Notes: generated from the letters alone by a model not told the origin. Numbered from the stretch's first letter, positions 10,152-20,580 are shown. The stretch: DNA of 58,284 nt from an uncultured Lentisphaeraceae bacterium (GCA_964610015.1 CAZSUM010000001.1:1-58284), one strand, 5' to 3'. A program made the numbers and translations.

Positions 10152-11234
10152 ATGAAACATCTCAGATCTCAGACGCGACGCATTCATGTTGGAGATGTAG
10201 CGATTGGTGGTGGGGCAGCGGTTAGTGTGCAAACCATGACCAATGCCAATCCGCATGATGAGGATGCGTTGGTACGTCAGATTCATGAAGTCGCATCTTT
10301 AGGATGTGATATTGTTCGCTTGACGGTTCCAGACCAAGAAGCGGCCGATGTCTTCCGTCGTGTCCGTGCCCATTCACCCGTACCCTTGGTTGCTGACATT
10401 CATTTTGATTATCGGTTGGCGCTAGCGTCGATTGCGGCAGGCGCTGACGGATTGCGAATCAATCCCGGGAATATTGGCGGCCCGGAACGCGTAAGGGCTG
10501 TCGTTCAGGCGGCGCGAGAACGTTGTGTACCGATTCGTATTGGTGTTAACGGTGGTTCTCTTGAAAAAGATCTGCTTGTCCGTTATGGTTCTGCCACCGC
10601 CGAAGCGCTGGTTGAGAGTGCGATGCGACATGTGGCACTGTTGGAAGCTGAGGATTATCATGAAATTAAAATTTCGGTCAAGGCTTCGGATGTGCCCCGC
10701 ACGTTAGCTGCGTATCGTCTTCTTGCTGAACAAACTGAATACCCCTTACATCTTGGTGTGACTGAAGCCGGGACATTCCTTCCAGGAACAGTTCGTTCGT
10801 GTGTCGCGTTAGGCACATTGCTACTGGAAGGGTTGGGCGACACCCTTCGTGTCTCGTTGACAGATCTGTTGAGTAAAGAGGTCCGTGTGGGCGTAGAATT
10901 GCTTCGTAGTGTTGGGTTACGTGCGCCGGGCGCTTCGGTGACCTCGTGCCCGACATGTGGTCGAACACGCGTGGATGTTGCCGGGTTAGCCACGCATGTG
11001 GAGGAACGCCTAGAACGGTTTTACACGGAACACCCGCATGCGCCACGGCCACATGTGGCGGTTATGGGGTGCGTGGTTAACGGACCCGGCGAAGCCAAAG
11101 GTGCTGATATTGCAGTTGCCGGAGGGAAAGGAACCTTTGCGCTTTTTGTGCGCGGAGAGCAACAACGCATCCTGCCTGAGGCTGAAGCGTTGGATGCGAT
11201 TGTCGATTTGGTTACTCATTGGTCTGTCGTCTGA
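10152..11234 (+). CDS. ispG: 4-hydroxy-3-methylbut-2-en-1-yl diphosphate synthase
   Basis: VGDVAIGGGAAVSVQTMTN, RINPGNIG, CPTCGRT and MGCVVNGPGE motifs. ATG 10152 is chosen over the extended ORF start at 10032, which overlaps rseP. Confidence 0.92.
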   Translation: MKHLRSQTRRIHVGDVAIGGGAAVSVQTMTNANPHDEDALVRQIHEVASLGCDIVRLTVPDQEAADVFRRVRAHSPVPLVADIHFDYRLALASIAAGADGLRINPGNIGGPERVRAVVQAARERCVPIRIGVNGGSLEKDLLVRYGSATAEALVESAMRHVALLEAEDYHEIKISVKASDVPRTLAAYRLLAEQTEYPLHLGVTEAGTFLPGTVRSCVALGTLLLEGLGDTLRVSLTDLLSKEVRVGVELLRSVGLRAPGASVTSCPTCGRTRVDVAGLATHVEERLERFYTEHPHAPRPHVAVMGCVVNGPGEAKGADIAVAGGKGTFALFVRGEQQRILPEAEALDAIVDLVTHWSVV

Positions 11235-11332
11235 GGCCATTCGCTCCTCGCTCTGAGAGCCTGTCTTAGTCGTGTAATCATGAGAGTTAACAGGTTCCCA
11301 AACGTTTAAAGCTCGCGAATGAATCTTCAGTA

Positions 11333-11362
11333 TTGACTCCTTGCAACTTTCACCTACATAAT
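11333..11362 (+). promoter_or_regulatory. candidate promoter (-35 TTGACT, 18 nt, -10 CATAAT) for the beta-helix gene
   Basis: Hexamers read at 11333-11338 and 11357-11362, about 55 nt upstream of ATG 11416. Confidence 0.3.
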
Positions 11363-11415
11363 GACTGTTTGACTTATAAAGAGTGTATTTTGGGGATCAT
11401 AAACAAGGGGATTCT

Positions 11416-13533
11416 ATGAAGTATTTCAGAGCGTTGATAATGCTGTTAAGCATATTTGTTGGGACACAGATCCAAGCTGAGGGAATCACCCTTTATGTAG
11501 CTCCCAATGGGTGTGATACGTGGAGTGGAAACATACGCTCCCACAACGAAAAAAAAAGTGATGGGCCTCTGGCATCGGTTGCTGGTGCACGTGACGCACT
11601 ACGTCGGATGCGTCAGAACGACACGCTCCCGAATGGCCCTGTTAAAGTTGTTCTGCTTGCTGGACGTTATGAACAATCAGAGCCCGTTATTTTTACAGAG
11701 CAGGATTCAGGTACAGAGGCTTATCCCATTCTCTATACCGCTGAACCTGGAAAATCTGTGCGCATAACAGGGGGCGTGGTGTTGTGGCAATCGGAAGCGG
11801 TTAAAGATCCGCAAATTCGTGAACGCCTGCCGCAGGTTGCACGTGATAAAGTTCGTGTTGTTTCTCTTCCTAAACAAAACTTATATAATTACGGAGTTGA
11901 ACCCGTTGGTTCATCGGCATCGCCGTCCGCAGGCTTGCAATTAGTTTACAAAGATGAACTCTTAACTCTGGCTCGTTGGCCGAATAAAGGGTTTGTTCGA
12001 GTGCAAGATATTCCCGAGGGGCCCAAAGGAAACACGTTTACTTATGCCGAAGAGAATCCGTCTCTTTGGGCGGTCGAGAATGATCCCCGTGGACAAGGCT
12101 ATTGGGCGCATGATTGGGCCGCCTGCGCAATCTCGTTTGCTTCAATCGATGTCGCAACAAAAACGATTAGACAGCGAGTTCCTGGAAGTAACTACGGCTT
12201 TCGTAAGGGCGGTTACTGGTTTGGGTACAATTTGCTCTGTGAACTTGACCAGCCGGGCGAGTACTATCTGGACCGGTTAAGCGGAAAAATCTATTTCTGG
12301 CCACCAGACGATGCGGCACAGGGACGGGCTGAAGTAACGGTTGCACAACAGCTTATTTATCTTGATAAGGTCTCCAATATTCAGTTTAACGGATTGATTT
12401 TTGAAAACTGTCGAGATCAGGCGATTCATATTGAGCAGGGTGAAAACGTAACCATTGCCAAGTGTACATTGCGTAACATCGGGTCTCATGCTGTGATTGT
12501 TTCAAAAGGAAAGAACCACCGAATCGCAGGATGCGAAATGACGCATTTAGGGGATGGCGGTATCAAATCGTATGGAGGCGATGTCAATCAACTCATTCAC
12601 TGTGGTCATGTTTACGACAACAACCACATTCATGATTACGCGCGGTTTAGCATGACCTATGGCGCAGCCATACAGATAAGTGGGTGTGGTCACAGCGTTA
12701 CTCACAATTTGATTCACAATGGTCCCCATGTCGCAATTCTGTTTGGTGGTCGTGAAAATAGTATGTCCTTCAACGAAATCCACAGTGTCTGTCTAACGTC
12801 GGGAGAGATGGGTGCTTTTTATACTGGTCGTGATTGGACATTGGTGGGTAATGTTATTCACGGCAACTACATTCACGATATTTATAATCCTAGGGCACAA
12901 CGCAATCGTGCGATCATGCTGGATGATGGTGCTGCAGGCATTATCATGACCCAAAATCTAATTGTCCGTGTTGCCGAAGGTATTTCACTCTCTGCGGTTG
13001 GCAACGTGATTGAAAACAATGTTTTTGTCTCGTGCTACCCTGCCATTTCAGGATGGCAGACCTATGAAACACCTGCTTCGGTAACACCGCCAAAGGGAGT
13101 ACACGAACAGATGCCTCGCGTCCTTTTTGAGACGCCAGTTGAAGATTCGGTGTGGCAACAGCGGTATCCTTGGTTACTTGCCTTTCGTAATTCAATCCGT
13201 GACAAAACCTTGCGTCCGCCAGAAACGCGTACGCGTGTTGAGCATAATGTCATTTGGGGTGGGGCCGAGACGTGGATGGTGAACTATAAAAGTTATCCGC
13301 GAACTGAGCATTCATGGCTCGTTGAAAATAACGTATCTGATATTGACCCTCTTTTTGTAAATGCCTCAAAAGATGACTATCGTTTTAAAACGGAATCACC
13401 TGTGCTACAAAAAGGGGTTAACCCGTTACCGATTGAAAAAATGGGGCTTTACGCCAGCCCAGAGCGTACCGTTTGGCCTGTTAAACACGATGTTAATCTG
13501 GTTTGCACGAATTTAGTCTATATCAAGCCGTAA
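11416..13533 (+). CDS. secreted right-handed parallel beta-helix repeat protein
   Basis: Signal peptide MKYFRALIMLLSIFVGTQIQAEG after an AAGGGG SD. Repeated beta-helix-type segments (NIGSHAVIV, GDGGIK, HNLIHNGPHVAILFGG, GNVIHGNYIHDI, AIMLDDGAAG). Confidence 0.75.
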   Translation: MKYFRALIMLLSIFVGTQIQAEGITLYVAPNGCDTWSGNIRSHNEKKSDGPLASVAGARDALRRMRQNDTLPNGPVKVVLLAGRYEQSEPVIFTEQDSGTEAYPILYTAEPGKSVRITGGVVLWQSEAVKDPQIRERLPQVARDKVRVVSLPKQNLYNYGVEPVGSSASPSAGLQLVYKDELLTLARWPNKGFVRVQDIPEGPKGNTFTYAEENPSLWAVENDPRGQGYWAHDWAACAISFASIDVATKTIRQRVPGSNYGFRKGGYWFGYNLLCELDQPGEYYLDRLSGKIYFWPPDDAAQGRAEVTVAQQLIYLDKVSNIQFNGLIFENCRDQAIHIEQGENVTIAKCTLRNIGSHAVIVSKGKNHRIAGCEMTHLGDGGIKSYGGDVNQLIHCGHVYDNNHIHDYARFSMTYGAAIQISGCGHSVTHNLIHNGPHVAILFGGRENSMSFNEIHSVCLTSGEMGAFYTGRDWTLVGNVIHGNYIHDIYNPRAQRNRAIMLDDGAAGIIMTQNLIVRVAEGISLSAVGNVIENNVFVSCYPAISGWQTYETPASVTPPKGVHEQMPRVLFETPVEDSVWQQRYPWLLAFRNSIRDKTLRPPETRTRVEHNVIWGGAETWMVNYKSYPRTEHSWLVENNVSDIDPLFVNASKDDYRFKTESPVLQKGVNPLPIEKMGLYASPERTVWPVKHDVNLVCTNLVYIKP

Positions 13534-13594
13534 GGTGGGGATCAGATCAGTTGAGACCTCTTGGGACTCAACGGTTGCATTAGGAGAAATTGTC

Positions 13595-16500
13595 ATGATG
13601 TTGAAGAAGATACGCACGTTCAGGCGGTTGTTCGCCTGTCTGATGATCGGCTTCGCGAGTCAGTGCGTGTGTGCGGCGGACAGCGCGAAGACCTTGCCCC
13701 AAGAGCAACCCGCATTTGAGTTGCGTGAGAGTTTTTCTGAAACCATGCTGCATAATATGGAGAGGATTCATGCGTGGGAAAAACAGTATGATGCTTTTTC
13801 TCCTGCGCTTGAGGGGGTTGGCATCGATGCATGGTATGTGCTGGGGCCGTTAAAAAAGGACTCGCCGATCATTGAAAAGGTGGTTAATGATTATCAATTG
13901 ATTGATCTGCAAACGCCGTTGAAAGATGATCAGGGAAGTCATTCTTGGCAAGCTTGCCCTAATTTTAAAGATGGTGAAATCTGTGATCTAACCCATTATC
14001 AAGCAGCCGGTTCAGAGGATGCCTTTATTCTTATCCGCCCGATTGCAGTGGCTGAAAAAAACAATGTTCAGTCTGCAAAGGTCGATATTACTCTGGGTGC
14101 TGGATATACACAGTGGCATCCAGGACGTAACCGCCGTAATGAACAACGTGATTGGCCGATGTTGGACGACAACTACAAGTTGCAACTACGGTCTGCTGCA
14201 AATCAGTTCATGATGGTTCTTCGTCCGGACCCAACAGGGCTTCGCCGTTTTTACTTTCAGATTTCTACTGAAAATCAAAAGTCTCCGGTTGGACATAGCT
14301 GGATCCGCTCATCCCGGAGGCTTGATTTAGCTCGCCGTACGCTCGTGGCCTGTTCTACCACACCAGAAAAGAAACTTATTTCGGAATGGCAAGCTGGCGT
14401 CGATATTTTTGTTCCCGGCGAAACGTATCGTTATCGATATAGCTGGGTTCCAGGGTGTCAGTCAGAGTTCCTGACCATGGGTTTCAATCAGGCTTCAGAA
14501 GTTATGATGCAAACCGTTAAGGAAAAACTGGCATTAAAAGAGGGGATTCTAGTACAGGCCTTGCTCTCCCATCGGGAGCAGATAGAGACGTGGTTAAAAG
14601 AAGTGCAGGCGACTAAACCTGCGCAAACGCCTGCGGAGGCACAGTCAGTCTACTTCAACCTTTGTTCCGTCAGTGAATTGATGACCAGTGCGGCTTCAGC
14701 TATCTCCATGCGACTGGCGGTTGAGGATCATATACGGATGTTTGGTGACCGATATCCTCAAGGCCCCGTTGCGTTAAAACGCATTGAGGACTGTCGTGTT
14801 GAAGGTGAGCAATTGTTGCGCTCGTTACCCAAAACAGATGCCGAGCTACCTATCCGGGTGGCAAAACATGTCGTGGCCCGTCACGCGTTGCAACAAGCCA
14901 CTCTACTCGATACGCCGCTTCTTAATTTTGAGAAACTTCTCGTGGCTTTGGGACAAGTCAACTTTAACTCTAACTGGGGTGGTGCGAATACCATTGGAGA
15001 CGGATTATATACACTTTCACCGGTCTGCCCAACAGGCACGCTGAGTTGTGTCCATAAAGGACTTATTTCAAATTATGATCTGCATTGGGATGGGCAACGC
15101 GTCCTTTTCTCAGATCGCAAAGCCCTTTGGGAGCTTAATTTATCGGCGACTAACAACCCCCCACGTCAAATAACCGATGCGCCTGAGAATGTGTTCCACT
15201 ATGACAGTTGCTATTTGCCGGATGGCAACCTTTTGTCAGTTTGTAATGCCTGTTATCAAGGGGTGCCGTGCACGGGCGAACCCAATGTTGGTAACTTACA
15301 CCTCATGGATGCACAGGGAGGTCATGAGCGTCGAATTGCTTTTGATCAGGATCATAACTGGAACCCATCAGTCATGAATGATGGACGCGTACTCTATACG
15401 CGTTGGGAGTATACGGATACGCCACACTTTTTCACTCGCTTCTTGATGCGAATGAACCCTGATGGTTCAGGACAGATGGAGTATTATGGCAGTGGTTCTT
15501 ATTGGCCAAATGCCATGTATTGGCCGCGTGCGATTCCAAAAGATCCGAACCAAGTGGTTTGTATTGTGTCGGGACATCATGGTGTGAGTCGTGTCGGAGA
15601 AGTCATGTTGCTCGATCCGCGCAAGGGACGTCAAGAAGCCCATGGTGTGGTTCAACGTCTGCCGGGTTATGGTCAGACGGTTGAACCTGTGATCATGGAT
15701 CGCTTAATCTCCAAAGTCTGGCCTCGCTATGCGGCGCCATATCCCCTTGCTGAGGGAGCAGATGCGATCGGTGCTGGCCGTTATTTTTTGGTTTGTCGAC
15801 AAATGAATGCTGCCTCAGGGTGGGATCTTTGCTTAATTGATATCTATGACAATGTCACGACTATCAAATCAGCCGAAATTCAAGACAATGGTCAGTTTGT
15901 CAACTACATGACGCCCATTCCGTTACAGACACGACCAATGCCGCCAGTGATCCCCTCGGTTCTTAACCCCAATCAACAGGATGGAACAATTTACCTTTCT
16001 GACATCTATCGTGGCGATGGGTTGCGTGGGTACCCCCAAGGTTCTATCAAGGCCTTGCGTATTGGGACACATCACTATCGGTATTTCGGAAACGGAGCGA
16101 CGTATTCGCACGCCTATGAAGGAGGGTGGGATATCAAGCGTATTCTAGGCACCGTACCCGTCAATGAGGATGGATCCGCCTTTTTCCGTGTTCCCGCCAA
16201 TACGCCCATTTTTATTCAACCGCTGGATGCAGAAGGTAAAGCGCAGCAGCAAATGCGAAGCTGGTATACAGCCATGCCCGGTGAAACCGCTTCTTGTATT
16301 GGATGCCATGAGCCGCAAAATACCGTGCCGCCAGTGCAACCCAATACCGCATCTCGTGCCAAGCCAACTCCCATTACACCTTGGCAAGGGGAAACACGTG
16401 GATTCTCTTTTGAACACGAGATTCAGCCGATCCTTAACCGCCGCTGCGTGGGGTGTCATCACGACAAACCCTTCATGAAAAACGGCCAGCCCTACAAGAT

Positions 16501-17824
16501 GGAGGACTTTCGCGATAAACGGGTGCAACCCTATGATCCTTCGTTAATTCCCTCCAAATGTAGTTGGTGGGGGTGGCTGGGGCCAGCCAATAGACACCTC
16601 AAAGAACAGCCACACTGCTATAGCCCAGCTTACATGCGGTTACAGAAGTATGTGCGACGCGTAGGGTTGGAGGCCGATTTGCACATGCACAAACCGGCCG
16701 AGTTTGATGCGGATACCAGTGAGTTAGTCCAACGTCTCAAAAAGGGTCATCATGGTGTGCGCTTAACGCAGAATGAGTGGGAAGCGCTTTATACTTGGAT
16801 TGACTTTAATGTTCCTTACTGTGGTACGTGGCGCGAATCCAATCTTCCTCCAAATGAGGAGCATATCCGACTACGTGCTGAGTACAAGAAACGATATGCC
16901 AATATCGACGATCGGGATGAGGAGATCCGTCCAGTACCGGACATCTGTGCATTTGAACCACCGCCCGTTTGCGACAAGCAACCGGTTGTGCAAATCAAAA
17001 TAGACGGATGGCCTATGTCAAAGGATCAAGCGATCACGGCACAGAAAGCCGCAGGTGAGACCTCTTTGAAGCTTGATTTAGGAGAGGGAGTCTTTATGGA
17101 CTTCAGCCATATTCCTGCAGGCAAGTTTGTCATGGGGCGTGCAAACGGTTTTTCGGATGAGAAACCTTTATGCGAGGTAACGATTGAGCAACCCTTCTAT
17201 TTGGGCACACTGGAGGTGACCTGTGCACAGTATGCACGATTTGATCCCAAGCATGAGAATGGGTTCATCGAGGGGCGTAATAAAGACAGGGATAATCGCG
17301 GTTATCCTATCAATGACACCCAGGACCCTGTAATACGAATCTCATGGAATGAAGCAATGGCGTTTTGTGCGTGGCTCTCACGCGTCAGCGGACGACCCTG
17401 CACGCTTCCGAGTGAGGCGCAGTGGGAGTGGGCCTGTCGTGCGGGAACCGATACAGATTTCGCCTTTGGCTCCGAGCTTAAAAACTTCAAAGCGAACTTG
17501 GCGGATGAAGGACTTCGCGACTGGAATTATGGACGAGCTCAAACGGGCTATCAGGATAACGTAAACTACAGTGCCTCTGGTGGGCGATTCGACCCAAATG
17601 CTTGGGGACTATTTGATATGCATGGCAATGTTTCCGAGTGGACGCTGAGTCAATATCAACCTTATCCCTATAAACGGGAAGCTACCGAAGAAGGCATTCT
17701 GAAAGTTGTTCGAGGAGGTTCTTGGAATGACCGACTGTCGTTCGCAACCTCTGCTTCACGTTGGCGTTATCCCGCTTTCCAACCGGTCTATAATGTTGGC
17801 TTCCGTGTGTTAATTCAAAAATAA
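13595..17824 (+). CDS. large secreted multidomain protein: unknown N-region, beta-propeller-like middle, two CxxCH motifs, C-terminal FGE/SUMF1-family domain
   Basis: AGGAG SD before ATG 13595. Signal-like MMLKKIRTFRRLFACLMIGFASQCVCAAD. CIGCH at 16295-16309. FEHEIQPILNRRCVGCHH (planctomycete cytochrome-c-like) at about 16400-16460. The C-terminus from about 17090 carries FGE motifs (ISWNEAMAFCAWLS, LPSEAQWEWACRAG, FDMHGNVSEWT, VVRGGSW). Confidence 0.8.
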   Translation: MMLKKIRTFRRLFACLMIGFASQCVCAADSAKTLPQEQPAFELRESFSETMLHNMERIHAWEKQYDAFSPALEGVGIDAWYVLGPLKKDSPIIEKVVNDYQLIDLQTPLKDDQGSHSWQACPNFKDGEICDLTHYQAAGSEDAFILIRPIAVAEKNNVQSAKVDITLGAGYTQWHPGRNRRNEQRDWPMLDDNYKLQLRSAANQFMMVLRPDPTGLRRFYFQISTENQKSPVGHSWIRSSRRLDLARRTLVACSTTPEKKLISEWQAGVDIFVPGETYRYRYSWVPGCQSEFLTMGFNQASEVMMQTVKEKLALKEGILVQALLSHREQIETWLKEVQATKPAQTPAEAQSVYFNLCSVSELMTSAASAISMRLAVEDHIRMFGDRYPQGPVALKRIEDCRVEGEQLLRSLPKTDAELPIRVAKHVVARHALQQATLLDTPLLNFEKLLVALGQVNFNSNWGGANTIGDGLYTLSPVCPTGTLSCVHKGLISNYDLHWDGQRVLFSDRKALWELNLSATNNPPRQITDAPENVFHYDSCYLPDGNLLSVCNACYQGVPCTGEPNVGNLHLMDAQGGHERRIAFDQDHNWNPSVMNDGRVLYTRWEYTDTPHFFTRFLMRMNPDGSGQMEYYGSGSYWPNAMYWPRAIPKDPNQVVCIVSGHHGVSRVGEVMLLDPRKGRQEAHGVVQRLPGYGQTVEPVIMDRLISKVWPRYAAPYPLAEGADAIGAGRYFLVCRQMNAASGWDLCLIDIYDNVTTIKSAEIQDNGQFVNYMTPIPLQTRPMPPVIPSVLNPNQQDGTIYLSDIYRGDGLRGYPQGSIKALRIGTHHYRYFGNGATYSHAYEGGWDIKRILGTVPVNEDGSAFFRVPANTPIFIQPLDAEGKAQQQMRSWYTAMPGETASCIGCHEPQNTVPPVQPNTASRAKPTPITPWQGETRGFSFEHEIQPILNRRCVGCHHDKPFMKNGQPYKMEDFRDKRVQPYDPSLIPSKCSWWGWLGPANRHLKEQPHCYSPAYMRLQKYVRRVGLEADLHMHKPAEFDADTSELVQRLKKGHHGVRLTQNEWEALYTWIDFNVPYCGTWRESNLPPNEEHIRLRAEYKKRYANIDDRDEEIRPVPDICAFEPPPVCDKQPVVQIKIDGWPMSKDQAITAQKAAGETSLKLDLGEGVFMDFSHIPAGKFVMGRANGFSDEKPLCEVTIEQPFYLGTLEVTCAQYARFDPKHENGFIEGRNKDRDNRGYPINDTQDPVIRISWNEAMAFCAWLSRVSGRPCTLPSEAQWEWACRAGTDTDFAFGSELKNFKANLADEGLRDWNYGRAQTGYQDNVNYSASGGRFDPNAWGLFDMHGNVSEWTLSQYQPYPYKREATEEGILKVVRGGSWNDRLSFATSASRWRYPAFQPVYNVGFRVLIQK

Positions 17825-17852
17825 TTTAGACGAACAAGATGGTGAACAGCGC

Positions 17853-19847
17853 GTGATTGAATTTAGAAATATTGCCGTGCGTTATGGTACGCAGGAGGTT
17901 TTGGAGCAAGTCAGTTTTCGTGTTAACAAAGGCGAACGTGTTGGCATTGTCGGGCCTAACGGGTCTGGTAAATCAACACTCTTTCGCCTCATTCTCGAGG
18001 AAGCTGACCCAGATACAGGTGACGTGATTATTGAGGGCTCACCTCGAATAGGTCATATCCGTCAGCACCTCAAAGCCGACAATGAAGATGAAACGCTACT
18101 GGAATATACGATGCGTGGTATTCCGGGATTGGCAAGCATGGAGCAGGAGATTCATGCTCTAGAAGCGCAACTTTCAAGTGTGAGCGATGAAGATACGCGT
18201 GCACGACTGTTGCGACAGATTGGAGACATTCAAACTGAATTTGAGCATTTGGGTGGATATGAAATTGAAACGCGGGTGAAAATTTCCCTTGGGGGGCTTG
18301 GCTTTAGTGTTGCTGAGTTTGATAAACGATTTAAGAGTTTCAGTGGCGGATGGCAAATGCGTGCAGAGCTGTCTCGTGTTCTGGCCTCGCATCCAGATTT
18401 ACTGTTACTCGACGAGCCTTCAAACTATTTAGACTTGCCTGCTGTGGATTGGCTTCAGCGTTTTTTGGCGGGATATGATGGAACACTGATGTTAATCTCA
18501 CATGATCGCTATTTGTTACGTACACTGACCTCTACCACAGTTGAGGTAGACGCCAACACCGCTACACGGTATAATGGTAACCTTGATTTTTATCTGTCTG
18601 ACCGAGAAATTCGTCATGCAAATCTGCTAGCGGCCAAGGCAAATCAGGATCGACGGATTGATCAACTCGAACGGTTTGTTGACCGCTTCAAAGCGCAAGC
18701 ATCAAAAGCGACTCAGGCGCAGAGTCGTATGAAGATGATCGAAAAAATTGAAGCGGAAGCCGTTAAGGTCCCTAAACGAAGCTTGGCAGCCGGATATTTG
18801 AGGCTTGCTCCTGCTCCACATTCTGGAGCTGAAGTTGCGAGATTAGAGCATGTTGATTTTTCATACGATGGCTGTCGCCCTATTTTACATGATGTCAACC
18901 TTAGCATTGCAAGGGGGGATAAGATAGCAATTGTTGGCTATAACGGCATGGGCAAAACCACGCTGTTGAGAATTCTGTCTGGGGTACGTACACCGACCGC
19001 CGGAGTGTGTGTGCTGGGGCACAAAGTTCAGCCGGGATACCTGTCACAAGAGTTCTCTGAAACCGTTCCTGCAAATGTTTCGGTGTTCGAATGCGCCAAA
19101 CGCTGTTCGCCAAATACGACTGAGAAAGTTTTGCGCTCACAGTTGGGAGCCTTTGGGTTTTCTGCTGATGATATTAACAAGCAGGCAGGTGTCCTCAGTG
19201 GTGGGGAAAAGATACGGTTGGCATTTTTAAGGCTCTTTCTTGCACCTCCCAACCTGATGCTTTTGGATGAACCCACAACTCATCTTGATCTAGAAGGGCG
19301 TGCGACGCTTGAAGAAGCTCTCAGAAAGTACGATGGAACGGTTTGTTTGGTCAGTCACGATATTGAATTTGTTCGCAACACCGTGACGTCGATCATCGAG
19401 ATTTCACCAGCGGGCGTTCGTCGCTTCCCGGGTGGGTACGAGTATTATCGGGAAAAAAGTGTGTCTGAACAACGTGATTCGGGAACGAGTCCCAAAGCGA
19501 TTGAAAACGCCCAGCAAAATGATCGTGATAGCGCAAATAATGTCAGTGCTAAGGATTTACGTCGTGCGCGTGCTCAAGCACGGGCTAAGCTTCAGCCTCT
19601 CATTCGTGCTTTAAAAGAGCGCGTAACAAAAGCCGAAGTGCGTATTGCAGCACTTGAACAAGAGTTGGAAACACTCTCAGGCATGCTTTTCAATCCTACG
19701 CCCGAGACTGATTATGCTTCTACGAATAAACGTTTGAAAATCGTACAGGATCAACTCAGTGTTTTTAGTGAGGAGTGGGAGCACGACGCTACCGAACTTG
19801 AGCGCTTGCAGCGTGAACAGGATGAAGCTCAGACAGCTGTTTCATGA
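17853..19847 (+). CDS. ABC-F family ATPase (two NBDs, no TM domain, C-terminal coiled coil; Uup-like)
   Basis: Walker A GPNGSGKST and GYNGMGKTT. Signatures FSGGWQMR and LSGGEKIR. Walker B LLLLDEPSN and LMLLDEPTT. Basic/acidic helical tail. GTG start. Confidence 0.9.
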   Translation: MIEFRNIAVRYGTQEVLEQVSFRVNKGERVGIVGPNGSGKSTLFRLILEEADPDTGDVIIEGSPRIGHIRQHLKADNEDETLLEYTMRGIPGLASMEQEIHALEAQLSSVSDEDTRARLLRQIGDIQTEFEHLGGYEIETRVKISLGGLGFSVAEFDKRFKSFSGGWQMRAELSRVLASHPDLLLLDEPSNYLDLPAVDWLQRFLAGYDGTLMLISHDRYLLRTLTSTTVEVDANTATRYNGNLDFYLSDREIRHANLLAAKANQDRRIDQLERFVDRFKAQASKATQAQSRMKMIEKIEAEAVKVPKRSLAAGYLRLAPAPHSGAEVARLEHVDFSYDGCRPILHDVNLSIARGDKIAIVGYNGMGKTTLLRILSGVRTPTAGVCVLGHKVQPGYLSQEFSETVPANVSVFECAKRCSPNTTEKVLRSQLGAFGFSADDINKQAGVLSGGEKIRLAFLRLFLAPPNLMLLDEPTTHLDLEGRATLEEALRKYDGTVCLVSHDIEFVRNTVTSIIEISPAGVRRFPGGYEYYREKSVSEQRDSGTSPKAIENAQQNDRDSANNVSAKDLRRARAQARAKLQPLIRALKERVTKAEVRIAALEQELETLSGMLFNPTPETDYASTNKRLKIVQDQLSVFSEEWEHDATELERLQREQDEAQTAVS

Positions 19848-19942
19848 GGTTTTTGGTGGCTGTCTCTGGATCAAATGTTATTGAATTGGCAAGACTGAAT
19901 GCGTGGTGACAGGTCCATGAGATGTATTCGTAGCATTGAGTT

Positions 19943-20521
19943 CTATTTGCGATTCGATTCATCACCACGATAGGCCGTCAGTGCCTGCTGAAAGGCAGGG
20001 GTATCACTAAATCCGCAAGGCTTGAATTCAGGACAGAAGCCCCGATAAACACATTCAGGAACACAGATACTAAAAAGTTCCGGTTCATGTTTCTTAATCT
20101 CTTCAAGAACGAGTTTCCACGCCGTCGTCGTTTCAGGTGACGCCTGTCGGCATAATCTCTTACGCGAGATAAAAATAATGGCTTGGGCGTTTGCAAAACA
20201 CTCGTGGTTGACCAGACTGGCTTGAGGCATACTATCTCGGTTGACGCCGGTACGATCGCTACGCTGGGTACTGACAAAATGTTCGATCCCAATCTTGTGA
20301 CGAACAAAGTGAACACTGACCCAATACTTCAGGTTCATCCACTTCCATTTAAAGGTCATTTGGCGGATAGGGGAGTGTTCAGAGAGTAAAATACGTCGCT
20401 TCCAAGCACTGCTAGGTTCTTTTTGACCTTCGTCCATCCTGATTGTGGTTCTTGCCGCATCTGCCACATCGCGCCAAGCAAATTTGGTCTTAAAATATTT
20501 TAAAGCCAATGAGTTGTCCAT
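19943..20521 (-). CDS. short ThyX-fold (FAD-dependent thymidylate synthase-like) protein with Cys-rich C-terminal tail
   Basis: It aligns by eye to T. maritima ThyX. EHSPIRQMTFKWKW...VHFVRHKIGIEHFVSTQRS matches HETPFEHIVFTFHV...QWFRHRIASYNELSGRYS, and NAQAIIFISRKRL matches NARSLMNFLNLRA. It has only 192 aa, and the tail is CVPECVYRGFCPEFKPCG. GGAG SD. Confidence 0.45.
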   Translation of the reverse strand: MDNSLALKYFKTKFAWRDVADAARTTIRMDEGQKEPSSAWKRRILLSEHSPIRQMTFKWKWMNLKYWVSVHFVRHKIGIEHFVSTQRSDRTGVNRDSMPQASLVNHECFANAQAIIFISRKRLCRQASPETTTAWKLVLEEIKKHEPELFSICVPECVYRGFCPEFKPCGFSDTPAFQQALTAYRGDESNRK

Positions 20522-20580
20522 TTATACACACTCCAAGATACGCAGGGTTATCAAAACAACACAAAACAGTTTAACATGAT

